Part shown: positions 19,683 to 28,126 of the stretch, one piece after another
How the letters are laid out: each line of letters begins with the position of its first letter
Position numbering within the stretch: position 1 is the stretch's first letter
From: Saprospiraceae bacterium
Lineage (GTDB): Bacteria; Bacteroidota; Bacteroidia; Chitinophagales; Saprospiraceae
Reading direction: 5' to 3'
Assembly (NCBI GenBank): GCA_020436785.1
Contig: JAGQXC010000396.1
Coordinates: 9,752-73,751 of the forward strand
Length of the DNA stretch: 64,000 bases
Translations under genes and position numbers: made by a program
Notes under the pieces: model-generated
Told to the model about the DNA's origin: nothing
The model's input: the letters and a program-made list of their open reading frames with translations, nothing else
Databases searched by the model: none

Positions 19683-19840
19683 CATTAAATATTTTTTTAA
19701 TAAGTACTATATTGTAATATATCTATTTACACGTGATAAATATATTACATATAAGTAGTTCCAAAAACCGTGCCTGGAAGGAAATATGACCCGGAAAATT
19801 CCGGAAAGAAATGTTAAAGCGAACCCGGTCGTTTAGATAA

Positions 19841-21043
19841 TCATTGATTTCCCAGCCGTCGCAATGCCAGAAAGACCATCAAACCAGAGCTGATTTCAAA
19901 GGCCCTTTCATCGATGTCAAAGGTCGTTGTGTGCACCGGTGAGGTGATTTTTTTTGTTTTGTTTCCCGTGCCTAACCGGTAAAAACAGGCCGGAATTTCT
20001 TGTGAGTAGTATGAAAAATCTTCCGCAGTCATTCGGGGCTCCAACGGGATCACGTTTTCAGTACCCAGGTATTCTGCTGCATATTGCCGGGATGACCGGG
20101 TCAGTGCCAGGTCATTCACCAGGAATGGATAGCCGACTTCTATATCGATGTCACACGTGCCGCCCATGCTTGCGCAAATGTGGTTGACGGTGGTCCGGAT
20201 CCACTGGTGGGCATCCCGGCGCCATTCTTCGTTCATGGTGCGAAAAGTGCCTTCCAGGCGTACCTCATTGGGAATGACGTTATTTGCTCCCCCCTTGGAT
20301 TGGATTTTTCCAAAGGTTAAGACGTTAGGGACAAGTGGATCACTTTTACGTGACACGACCTGCTGCAAACCGGTCAGCACTGCGGCGGCCATCATAATCG
20401 GGTCGATGCACTCATGCGGCAGGGCCCCATGTCCGCCTTTTCCTTTTAACGTGATGTAAATTTCATCACAGGAGGCCATGAACATACCTTCCCGAAATCC
20501 CACGGTCCCAGCCTCCAGCGGCGGATGAACATGCTGACCGAGGATTCCTTCCGGCACCGGATTAGCCAGCACGCCCTGTTTGATCAGCAGGGAAGCCCCG
20601 CCGGGAAGTTTTTCTTCGGCCGGTTGGAATATCAACCGGATGGTTCCGGCAAAATGATCCCGTATATCCTGTAATAACGCAGCGGCTCCGAGTAGTGACG
20701 CCGTGTGAACATCATGACCACAGGCGTGCATGACTCCGGGATTGACAGAACAGTAGGGAACTTGGTTTTCTTCCTGAATAGGCAAAGCATCCATATCGGC
20801 ACGCAAGGCAATCATTTGTTTCCCCGGCTTTCCGCCCTGAATTTCCGCAACTACCCCATGCTCAGCCCATCCGGTCGAATAACGAATTCCCAAAGATTGC
20901 AATCTGCTTTGGATGTATTTGCCGGTTGCTTCTTCTTCAAAGGAAAGCTCCGGGTGCATGTGCAAATGCCGGCGATCACGGATCACCGAGTCGATATGCC
21001 GTTCAGACGCTTTTTTTACCAGATGAAGCAATGTTTCAGCCAT
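19841..21043 (-). CDS. M20 family amidohydrolase (N-acyl-L-amino acid amidohydrolase / hippurate hydrolase-like)
   Basis: 400-aa ORF with MHACGHDVH and the GGHGA region typical of M20D peptidases. Confidence 0.85.
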   Translation of the reverse strand: MAETLLHLVKKASERHIDSVIRDRRHLHMHPELSFEEEATGKYIQSRLQSLGIRYSTGWAEHGVVAEIQGGKPGKQMIALRADMDALPIQEENQVPYCSVNPGVMHACGHDVHTASLLGAAALLQDIRDHFAGTIRLIFQPAEEKLPGGASLLIKQGVLANPVPEGILGQHVHPPLEAGTVGFREGMFMASCDEIYITLKGKGGHGALPHECIDPIMMAAAVLTGLQQVVSRKSDPLVPNVLTFGKIQSKGGANNVIPNEVRLEGTFRTMNEEWRRDAHQWIRTTVNHICASMGGTCDIDIEVGYPFLVNDLALTRSSRQYAAEYLGTENVIPLEPRMTAEDFSYYSQEIPACFYRLGTGNKTKKITSPVHTTTFDIDERAFEISSGLMVFLALRRLGNQ

Positions 21044-22982
21044 GACCTAAATTTTTAAAACCTCTGAAAATGATCTCGATGTCCATCCAAATATCGAATT
21101 CTTTCGCATAAAGGGTGTTGATCTTATGCAATGTATCAGGTAGAGAGGCCCGCTTTGCATATTTCGAAGTCGGGTCCAGTACTCCCGGACGGATGGGTGG
21201 CAAATGCCGGATAAAAGGGTCCTCACCGGCATAACTGACCCATGATTTTTGATTGGTAATCACTTGCCACCAGTTGCGCCAAAACCCTTTTTTGGGTTGG
21301 ATAAACCAGATGTGAACCGGGAAAAAAATCAACAACAAAAATGCCAAAATCAGGTCCAGTAACCTTTTTTGAACCAGGTAATGCGGCAACTGCAAGTTCT
21401 GTTGGAGGCGGTACGTAATGAATTCCCCCCTGGTATCTTTTGAAGGGCTACTGATGATGCTCAAGGCCGTTTCATTGGCCATTTTATATTGGATATCGGG
21501 ACCTAAGATCGTCATCCACTGGGTAATTGCCGAGACGGATATTTCCGGAGAGGAAAAAATGATCTCATCAACCCGTTTACTGCGACACAAATCCGGGAGG
21601 ACACTCCAGTCTCTGAAATTTTCAGAATCCGGATTCGGATCATCCGGATCCATGTATCCGACCCATTCAAACGGTTGTTTTAAATACTCCAACAAATCCA
21701 GCAACCGCTGACTGGTCGCTTTGCTGCCGATAATCAATACACGGGTCACTGGTACTTTTTGCCAGGGCCATCCACTCCTTACCACCCATTTGATCAGCCA
21801 GTAGAACAATGCCCAGCCGCCGGAGGCCAATAACAAAAGTCGTGAAGGACGCCACAGTTCAGGCAGCAGTGCATAAACGATCAGTAAGGTGATCAGCGCC
21901 CAAAACCAACCCCGAAACCATTTCCACACTTCCAAGGATCGCCTATAGCCCCCATGCAGGGCATGAAACACCATAAACACTGCGGCATAAGCCGGAATGT
22001 AGACGTAATTGTAATTTTCCGGATAATAAGAACCTCCGTATTTGTATAATTCCCAGCCGGTCTTTAACAAATAAAATCCTGCTATTAGAAAGAAAGCATC
22101 CACGACCAACCGCAACACCTGGATCAGCCGGGGTCCGATAAATGCCCAGGCAGCCTGGCTATAAATTCCCAATCGCAATAACCAGGTATACCAATACGCT
22201 TGTTTGCCGAAATGTTTATTGGCAAAGATGACCATCGCCTGATAAAAAATACGAATGTATTTGAGGCTCCCCTTCCGCATGGACTCCCCTTTATAATGTA
22301 TGATGGAAGTGGATGCCAGGTAGTCCAGGTGATACCCTGCCTTGGTGATCCGGTAAGACCAGTCGATGTCTTCTCCGTACATAAAGTAACTTTCATCGAG
22401 CAATCCAGCTGCTTCGATGGCTTCTCGCCTGACCATCATAAACGCACCACACAACACCTCTACCTGCTGGTCCTGGCGAGGATCTAAATGCCCAAGGTAA
22501 TACCGGTTCAACAAGCGTGAATGAGGAAACAAGGCAGACAACCCGGAGAACCGGCAAAAAGCCACCAGTGGTGTCGGTAGTCCCCGCATTGATTCCGGCA
22601 GGAATTTCCCAGATCCGTCGATCATTCGTACTCCGACGGCTCCGGTCGCTGGATGTTCTGTAAGATGCTCCACGCAGATCCTCAGGGTATTTTCCTGAAG
22701 GATCGTATCTGGATTTAACAGCAAGAGGAAAGCTCCTTTTGCAAGGCGGATTCCCTGATTGTTGGCTTTGGCAAAACCTAGGTTTTCTGTATTGCCAATA
22801 AACTGAACCGACGGAAATCGATCCCGGATCATTTCGGCGGAGTCGTCGCTGGAGGCATTGTCAACGACTATAATTTCGACGGACAAGGAATGGGCTGCTG
22901 CAAGAACGGAATTCAGGCATTGCTCCAGGAAATACCGGACATTGTAATTAACAATAACCACGCTTAGTTGAGGAGCCACCAT
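21036..22982 (-). CDS. Family 2 glycosyltransferase fused to a polytopic segment and a degenerate bacterial sugar-transferase (PGT)-like C-terminus
   Basis: 648-aa ORF. N-terminal GT2 (VVIVNYNVRYFLEQCL...IIVVDNASSDDS). Several TM helices in the middle. A Rossmann-like VLIIGSKATSQRLL segment. C-terminal KRLLDLILAFLLLIFFPV re-entrant-helix-like segment. Confidence 0.75.
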   Translation of the reverse strand: MVAPQLSVVIVNYNVRYFLEQCLNSVLAAAHSLSVEIIVVDNASSDDSAEMIRDRFPSVQFIGNTENLGFAKANNQGIRLAKGAFLLLLNPDTILQENTLRICVEHLTEHPATGAVGVRMIDGSGKFLPESMRGLPTPLVAFCRFSGLSALFPHSRLLNRYYLGHLDPRQDQQVEVLCGAFMMVRREAIEAAGLLDESYFMYGEDIDWSYRITKAGYHLDYLASTSIIHYKGESMRKGSLKYIRIFYQAMVIFANKHFGKQAYWYTWLLRLGIYSQAAWAFIGPRLIQVLRLVVDAFFLIAGFYLLKTGWELYKYGGSYYPENYNYVYIPAYAAVFMVFHALHGGYRRSLEVWKWFRGWFWALITLLIVYALLPELWRPSRLLLLASGGWALFYWLIKWVVRSGWPWQKVPVTRVLIIGSKATSQRLLDLLEYLKQPFEWVGYMDPDDPNPDSENFRDWSVLPDLCRSKRVDEIIFSSPEISVSAITQWMTILGPDIQYKMANETALSIISSPSKDTRGEFITYRLQQNLQLPHYLVQKRLLDLILAFLLLIFFPVHIWFIQPKKGFWRNWWQVITNQKSWVSYAGEDPFIRHLPPIRPGVLDPTSKYAKRASLPDTLHKINTLYAKEFDIWMDIEIIFRGFKNLGHG

Positions 22983-22985
22983 CGC

Positions 22986-23600
22986 TTAATCTTCCGATAC
23001 CGAGTAAGGAACCCGGGCCAATATGGATCGTCCTAACGTCACTTCATCGGCGTACTCCAACTCGCCTCCGAAAGACACCCCGCGTGCGATGGTGCTGATC
23101 CGGACTCCGGTGGACTGCAGCAATTTGGATAGGTAGTAAATCGTAGTTTCTCCTTCAATGGTCGGGCTGATTGCCATAATCACCTCTTTGACCTCATCCC
23201 TGTCCAATCGCTCAAGCAATTCCTGTATATGCAGGTTTTCAGGGCCTATCCCATCGATCGGCGAGATCACACCGCCCAGGACATGATAGAGACCACGGTA
23301 TTGATGAGTTTCTTCAATGGCCAGGATGTCACGAATGCCTTCAACCACACAGATCACCTGACCATCCCGCCGGGAATCTGCACAAATTGAGCAGACTTCG
23401 TCGTCTGAAAGGTTAAAACATGTCGAGCATTCCTGAATGTCTTCACGGGCAGTTCGGATGTCATCGGCGAATCGCTTTACGACTTCCTGATCCTGCTTTA
23501 ACAAATGCAGGACCATCCTAAGTGCAGTTTTCCGACCTATACCAGGCAGGGAAGCAAAAGCATCCACCGCCTGCTGTATGAGTTTTGAAGGCAAATACAT
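22986..23600 (-). CDS. recR: Recombination protein RecR
   Basis: 204-aa ORF. HhH LPGIGRKTA, zinc finger CSTCFNLSDDEVCSIC, and a Toprim region. Confidence 0.93.
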   Translation of the reverse strand: MYLPSKLIQQAVDAFASLPGIGRKTALRMVLHLLKQDQEVVKRFADDIRTAREDIQECSTCFNLSDDEVCSICADSRRDGQVICVVEGIRDILAIEETHQYRGLYHVLGGVISPIDGIGPENLHIQELLERLDRDEVKEVIMAISPTIEGETTIYYLSKLLQSTGVRISTIARGVSFGGELEYADEVTLGRSILARVPYSVSED

Positions 23601-23694
23601 CAGGCAAAATTAGAAAATTATTACTGACGGATTAACCGGGATCCGTTCTGACAAATTAAAAGGCCTATTATTTTCAGTAATACAGGTTAGGGAG

Positions 23695-23702
23695 TATTTT
23701 TG
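23695..23702 (+). promoter_or_regulatory. Candidate -7 box (TATTTTTG) for the E2 gene
   Basis: Exact TAnnTTTG match 28 nt upstream of the ATG at 23731. Confidence 0.4.
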
Positions 23703-23730
23703 TTCTTCAAATGTGTAAACTAAACATCGT

Positions 23731-24981
23731 ATGGCAGAAGTAATTCGCATGCCGAGAATGAGTGACACCATGGAAGAAGGTGTCATCGTAAGTTGGTTGA
23801 AGAAAGAGGGAGATCAGGTTAAGCCGGGTGATTTGCTGGCTGAAATAGAAACCGATAAAGCTACTATGGATTTTGAATCTCTCTGGGAGGGCACCATTTT
23901 GCATATCGGTGTCAAAGAAGGCGAAGCCGTGCCGATTGATGGTGTCATTGCCGTCATTGGCAAAAAAGGTGAAGACTACCAGGCTGCATTGTCAGAAGCG
24001 CAGGGTGATGTCCCCGAAGCCAGTGCCGCCGCCTCCGACAAACCCGAAGAGACCAAGAAGGCTGCTCCGGCAGGTAATGCTTCCGTGCAGGAAACTTCCT
24101 CCGCACCGGTCACTGAATCTTCAGAGTCCCGCGTTAAAGCGTCCCCACTGGCTAAAGCAATGGCAAAAGAATCCGGCATCGACCTGGGCGCTGTAAAAGG
24201 ATCCGGAGATCACGGACGCATCGTCAAAAGAGATATTGAAGCGGCCATTGAAACCGGTGGCACTCCAGCTGGGGCTCCGGCATTAACAGTTGCCGGACAG
24301 GAATCTTACGAAGAAATCAACATCAGTCAGATGCGGAAAACCATTGCCCGCCGTTTGGCTGAGAGCAAGTTTACGGCACCGCACTTTTACCTGACACTGG
24401 AAATCAATATGGATCGTGCTGCCGATGCCCGCCAACGAATCCTGGAAATGAGCGGGGAAAAAGTGTCATTCAACGACATGGTGGTTAAAGCCTGTGCTAT
24501 GGCACTACGTAAACACCCGGCTGTCAATTCATCCTGGCTGGGTGACAAGATCCGGCGTAATCACCACATTCATGTTGGTGTCGCCGTTGCCGTGAGTGAA
24601 GGTTTATTGGTCCCGGTCATCCGACATGCGGATTTGAAATCCATGACGCAAATCAATACGGAAGTAAAAGCTTTGGCTGGAAAGGCAAAAGACAAAAAGT
24701 TGCAGCCGGATGAGATGCAGGGTAATACTTTTACCATTTCTAATTTGGGTATGTTCGGAATTGAGGAGTTTACGGCCATCATCAACCCTCCGGATTCCTG
24801 CATCCTGGCCATTGGCGCAATCCTTGAGAAACCCATTGTCTCCGGAGGTCAGGTGGTGCCTGGCAAAATGATGAAAGTGACTTTATCCTGCGATCACCGG
24901 GTCGTCGATGGAGCAACCGGAGCCCAATTCCTGCAAACGGTGAAACAATTTCTGGAAGAACCCATGATGATGTTGGTCTGA
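23731..24981 (+). CDS. Dihydrolipoamide acyltransferase (E2 component of a 2-oxoacid, probably pyruvate, dehydrogenase complex)
   Basis: 416-aa ORF. Lipoyl domain EIETDKATMD. Ala/Pro-rich linker. Subunit-binding domain SPLAKAMAKESGIDL. Catalytic DHRVVDGA. Confidence 0.9.
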   Translation: MAEVIRMPRMSDTMEEGVIVSWLKKEGDQVKPGDLLAEIETDKATMDFESLWEGTILHIGVKEGEAVPIDGVIAVIGKKGEDYQAALSEAQGDVPEASAAASDKPEETKKAAPAGNASVQETSSAPVTESSESRVKASPLAKAMAKESGIDLGAVKGSGDHGRIVKRDIEAAIETGGTPAGAPALTVAGQESYEEINISQMRKTIARRLAESKFTAPHFYLTLEINMDRAADARQRILEMSGEKVSFNDMVVKACAMALRKHPAVNSSWLGDKIRRNHHIHVGVAVAVSEGLLVPVIRHADLKSMTQINTEVKALAGKAKDKKLQPDEMQGNTFTISNLGMFGIEEFTAIINPPDSCILAIGAILEKPIVSGGQVVPGKMMKVTLSCDHRVVDGATGAQFLQTVKQFLEEPMMMLV

Positions 24982-25010
24982 TAAGTGCAAGAGCGAAATT
25001 TTATTTAAGG

Positions 25011-25044
25011 AGGATTGTCTGTACAAGAGACTATCCTTTTTTTT
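25011..25044 (+). terminator. Rho-independent terminator after the E2 gene
   Basis: Stem AGGATTGTCT (25011-25020) / AGACTATCCT (25028-25037) with 9 of 10 pairs, a 7-nt loop, and a run of 8 T. Confidence 0.7.
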
Positions 25045-25119
25045 AGTTGATTGCCAACCAAAAAAAAGGAGCCAAACCAATCAGGCCTGACTCCCCCATT
25101 ATATGTTCGAATCTTATTC

Positions 25120-26883
25120 TTAGTATCCTGAGTTCCGGTTACCGCTGTATTTGACCCCTGGTCGTGAGGAACCTGGAGTATTTTTACCTGCATCCGGACC
25201 TTCCGGCATGCCCATTTCCTGATCTCCTGGTTTGGCGACCCTAAACTCAACCCTACGATTCATGTATTGCATCCTCTCCTGCTCGAGCGAGGTGTTATGA
25301 TTATCTGGCAAGTCGTCGACAATCTCTGTTTGTTCACCTCCATATTGCAGGATGAACCGGTCTCTGGAAATACCATATTTCTCGACAAGGTAATCAATGG
25401 AGGCTTTTGCCCGCTTGTAGGATAAGACATTGTTGTAAGCATCGGTATTACGTACATCGGCAAAGCCCGCAGCAACTACTTTTACGTCCGGATGTTCTTT
25501 CATGACCGTAGCTACATGGTGCAATTGTCCATAGAATTCCGGCTTGATGTAATATTTATCCAGATCAAAGTGAATCATCGGTAAAAACCATTCGGTCTTG
25601 ATGTTGGCGATTCGTGAATTAATCATATCAGCCACTTCATCCTCCGTAACCCATGGTCCGTCAATTTTAGCGACTCCATTTCCATCGACATCATATCCGG
25701 GAGGTGAATAAGGTTCTTTATCCTGATAATCCGGAACGCCATCGCCATCGCTGTCAAGCGCGACCCCACGGACATCCACCGGAGCTCCGGCCACTGTATT
25801 GGGTTCCTGATCCATCATATCGATGACGCCATCCCCATCGCTGTCGGTAAGATCCAATACCGGACGTTGCTTGAGTTCAGCAATATCATTAAGCGCACCA
25901 TCAATCGGATTCATCCAGTACAACGGTTCGGTCCGTTTATCAAATGAACCCAGATTAATACCGATCCTGATGCTCGTATAATGCCCTATGTCGTTGTTGT
26001 TTGATTGATCAAAGGTTGAGCGGTATTCAAAACCATCCAGGAGGTCATTGTCGGAGAGCATCACCTGGTGTTCCAGTCCGATATTAACACGCTTGTTGAT
26101 CTTACGTGAGATGCCGACGCCTGCCTGAAACATCGGATGAATATTGGTTTTGTCACCCAGGCGGAAAACGGCCTTTTGCTTTCTGGCATCGGTTTCATAA
26201 TCTCCGTCCAGGATTCCCTTCAGGTCCGATTTAATTTGCTTCCGTCCGGCTTTGGTATCAACATCGCCACTTACCCCTGACCAATTATAGGCACTGTTAC
26301 CGTTGAGCGCATCGATTTTTGTTACGTTATTGTCCAAACCGACTCCTAAGAACAGGTAAGTGTTCCATTTATTCCGCTCTGCATGAAAGAGGATATTACC
26401 GATGTTTAACACGCCCTGAATGGAGCCGTAAAAATACTTGGTCTTATAATTTCGATAAAGATCATTCACCTGATTCCTAACGGCAGGAATCAAGTCAATA
26501 TCCATCACAGCATTGGAAGACCGTTGCGGGTCTAATCCTTTTGCTACCCCATAAAAAAGATCTCCTCGTATTGAGAATCCATAATGAATGGCTTTTCTCA
26601 AATGAACTCCAAATCCCAGGCTGGGAAGTCTGGTATCTACATCACTACTGATGAAGTAGTTACCCAGATGCAAGCCCAATTCCCACATGTTTTTGGGTTT
26701 GGCGGAATAGCCATATTCTCCCATCTTCCATTTTTCATTCTGATCCGGATCGATGGTCATGTCATCATTGATCGTGGGCTTGGAGAAGGCATCATCCTGA
26801 GCCTTTAAAAACCCCAGGTAAACAATCCCTATGAATAAGAATAAGATTCGAAGTCTCATATAAGAAATTTTTCTGAGTAACAA
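25120..26883 (-). CDS. OmpA family outer-membrane protein with thrombospondin type-3 (calcium-binding) repeats
   Basis: 587-aa ORF. Signal peptide, then an N-terminal beta-barrel-like region. TSP3-type DSDGDGVIDMMDQEPNT and DSDGDGVPDYQDKEP. C-terminal OmpA-like domain (...NRRVEF). Confidence 0.85.
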   Translation of the reverse strand: MLLRKISYMRLRILFLFIGIVYLGFLKAQDDAFSKPTINDDMTIDPDQNEKWKMGEYGYSAKPKNMWELGLHLGNYFISSDVDTRLPSLGFGVHLRKAIHYGFSIRGDLFYGVAKGLDPQRSSNAVMDIDLIPAVRNQVNDLYRNYKTKYFYGSIQGVLNIGNILFHAERNKWNTYLFLGVGLDNNVTKIDALNGNSAYNWSGVSGDVDTKAGRKQIKSDLKGILDGDYETDARKQKAVFRLGDKTNIHPMFQAGVGISRKINKRVNIGLEHQVMLSDNDLLDGFEYRSTFDQSNNNDIGHYTSIRIGINLGSFDKRTEPLYWMNPIDGALNDIAELKQRPVLDLTDSDGDGVIDMMDQEPNTVAGAPVDVRGVALDSDGDGVPDYQDKEPYSPPGYDVDGNGVAKIDGPWVTEDEVADMINSRIANIKTEWFLPMIHFDLDKYYIKPEFYGQLHHVATVMKEHPDVKVVAAGFADVRNTDAYNNVLSYKRAKASIDYLVEKYGISRDRFILQYGGEQTEIVDDLPDNHNTSLEQERMQYMNRRVEFRVAKPGDQEMGMPEGPDAGKNTPGSSRPGVKYSGNRNSGY

Positions 26884-27066
26884 GGTTCTAAATGAATGCC
26901 TAGATCGAGCAGGTTAAGTCAGGGCTTTTGTTATCTAACTCATCAGGTGAACGAATGTTAAATTTAGCTAATGAATGGGAGTAAGTCAAAATATTCCAGG
27001 CAAAAATTGTCTGAAAAATATATTAGACATATTTTTTATGTATAACTTTGTACTAAATAAAATGTT

Positions 27067-28122
27067 ATGCTGGAAAACTGGATTCAACCTTTGCCCCGGA
27101 ATTTTGGTTCGCCCCGCCATCATTTCATTCAGGACTATCACGATGATCCGAACTGCCTGCAAAATGCACAAATTGCTCTGATCGGTTGGGATGCCAGCTT
27201 CCAGCGAATCCTCAAGGAATTGGAGAGCTATCATTACCCGTTTCGGGTGCAGGTTGTTCAGATGGGGGTCATTCGCAAATCGACCGTTGAATTTGCATTG
27301 CCGTTGATCCATGAGCTGGAGGATGCCGGCATCACCGCCATTCTGGTCGGGGCAGAGATCCCGGCGGAATTGTTGTTTAAACTTCACCAGCATAACCAAC
27401 AATTTTTTAATCCGGTATTGGTTGACGAGCGGGTACGGTTGGGCGAGGATCACAGTTTTGCCAGCACCGGCTTTGTCGAATCGACTCCTTTGAATTGTTT
27501 TCACATATCGTGGTTAGCCGTCCAGTTGCACCTGGCAAATCCACAATTTTTAAATTCCGAACACTATTTTCTGGACTTCATTCGACTGGGCAAGATCCGG
27601 CAACATAAAGAGAGCATCGAACCGGCCGTGCGGGATGCCGATTTTCTCTATTTTAATCTTGCGGCGATGAGGGCATCCGATGCACCCGGCAAACTAGGTT
27701 CCAACCCGAGTGGCCTCTACTCCGAAGAAGCTTCACAACTTACCCGGTATGCCGGATTAAGTGACCGCCTTTCTGTCCTCGCACTGACCGGATACAATCC
27801 CGAACATATTGAATTTCAGCAGACTACAACACTTCTGGGTCAGATGATGTGGTATTTTATGGAAGGTTATGCGAACCGGAAACAGGATTACCCCATTCAG
27901 GAATCCGATATGATTGAATACATCGTCGATTTGTCCAAGCATGGAAAACCCCTGAAATTCCTGAAATCCAATAAGAGTGGTCGATGGTGGTTAAAAGTTC
28001 AGATTGACATCGATAAGCAAACGATCGACCGGTTTATTCCCTGTAGTTATGAAGATTATGCACAAGCCTGTGCCGATGAAGTTTCAGATCGTTTACTATA
28101 CGCCTTCGAACGCTATGGCTAA
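27067..28122 (+). CDS. Arginase/formimidoylglutamase-fold-like protein, apparently lacking the canonical Mn ligands
   Basis: 351-aa ORF. By-eye alignment to ureohydrolase topology. ITAILVGAEIP falls at the GGDHS position, VLVDERVR at the DAHxD position, FLYFNLAAMRASDAPG at the SxDxDxxDPxxAPG position, and LALTGYNPEH at the vE.nP position. Tentative. Confidence 0.4.
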   Translation: MLENWIQPLPRNFGSPRHHFIQDYHDDPNCLQNAQIALIGWDASFQRILKELESYHYPFRVQVVQMGVIRKSTVEFALPLIHELEDAGITAILVGAEIPAELLFKLHQHNQQFFNPVLVDERVRLGEDHSFASTGFVESTPLNCFHISWLAVQLHLANPQFLNSEHYFLDFIRLGKIRQHKESIEPAVRDADFLYFNLAAMRASDAPGKLGSNPSGLYSEEASQLTRYAGLSDRLSVLALTGYNPEHIEFQQTTTLLGQMMWYFMEGYANRKQDYPIQESDMIEYIVDLSKHGKPLKFLKSNKSGRWWLKVQIDIDKQTIDRFIPCSYEDYAQACADEVSDRLLYAFERYG

Positions 28123-28126
28123 TCGT

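Noticed and set aside
19716-19746. AT-only inverted repeat AATATAT / ATATATT flanking a CACGTG core in the AT-rich spacer.
   Set aside because: The arms are 7 bp of pure A/T and sit asymmetrically around CACGTG. This is easily produced by chance in an AT-rich tract, so I do not call it an operator.
26986-27504. 172-aa minus-strand ORF spanning the ompA/arginase-like intergenic region and the 5' end of the plus-strand gene.
   Set aside because: It overlaps the better-supported 351-aa plus-strand ORF. It has no recognisable motif and would run through the divergent promoter region.
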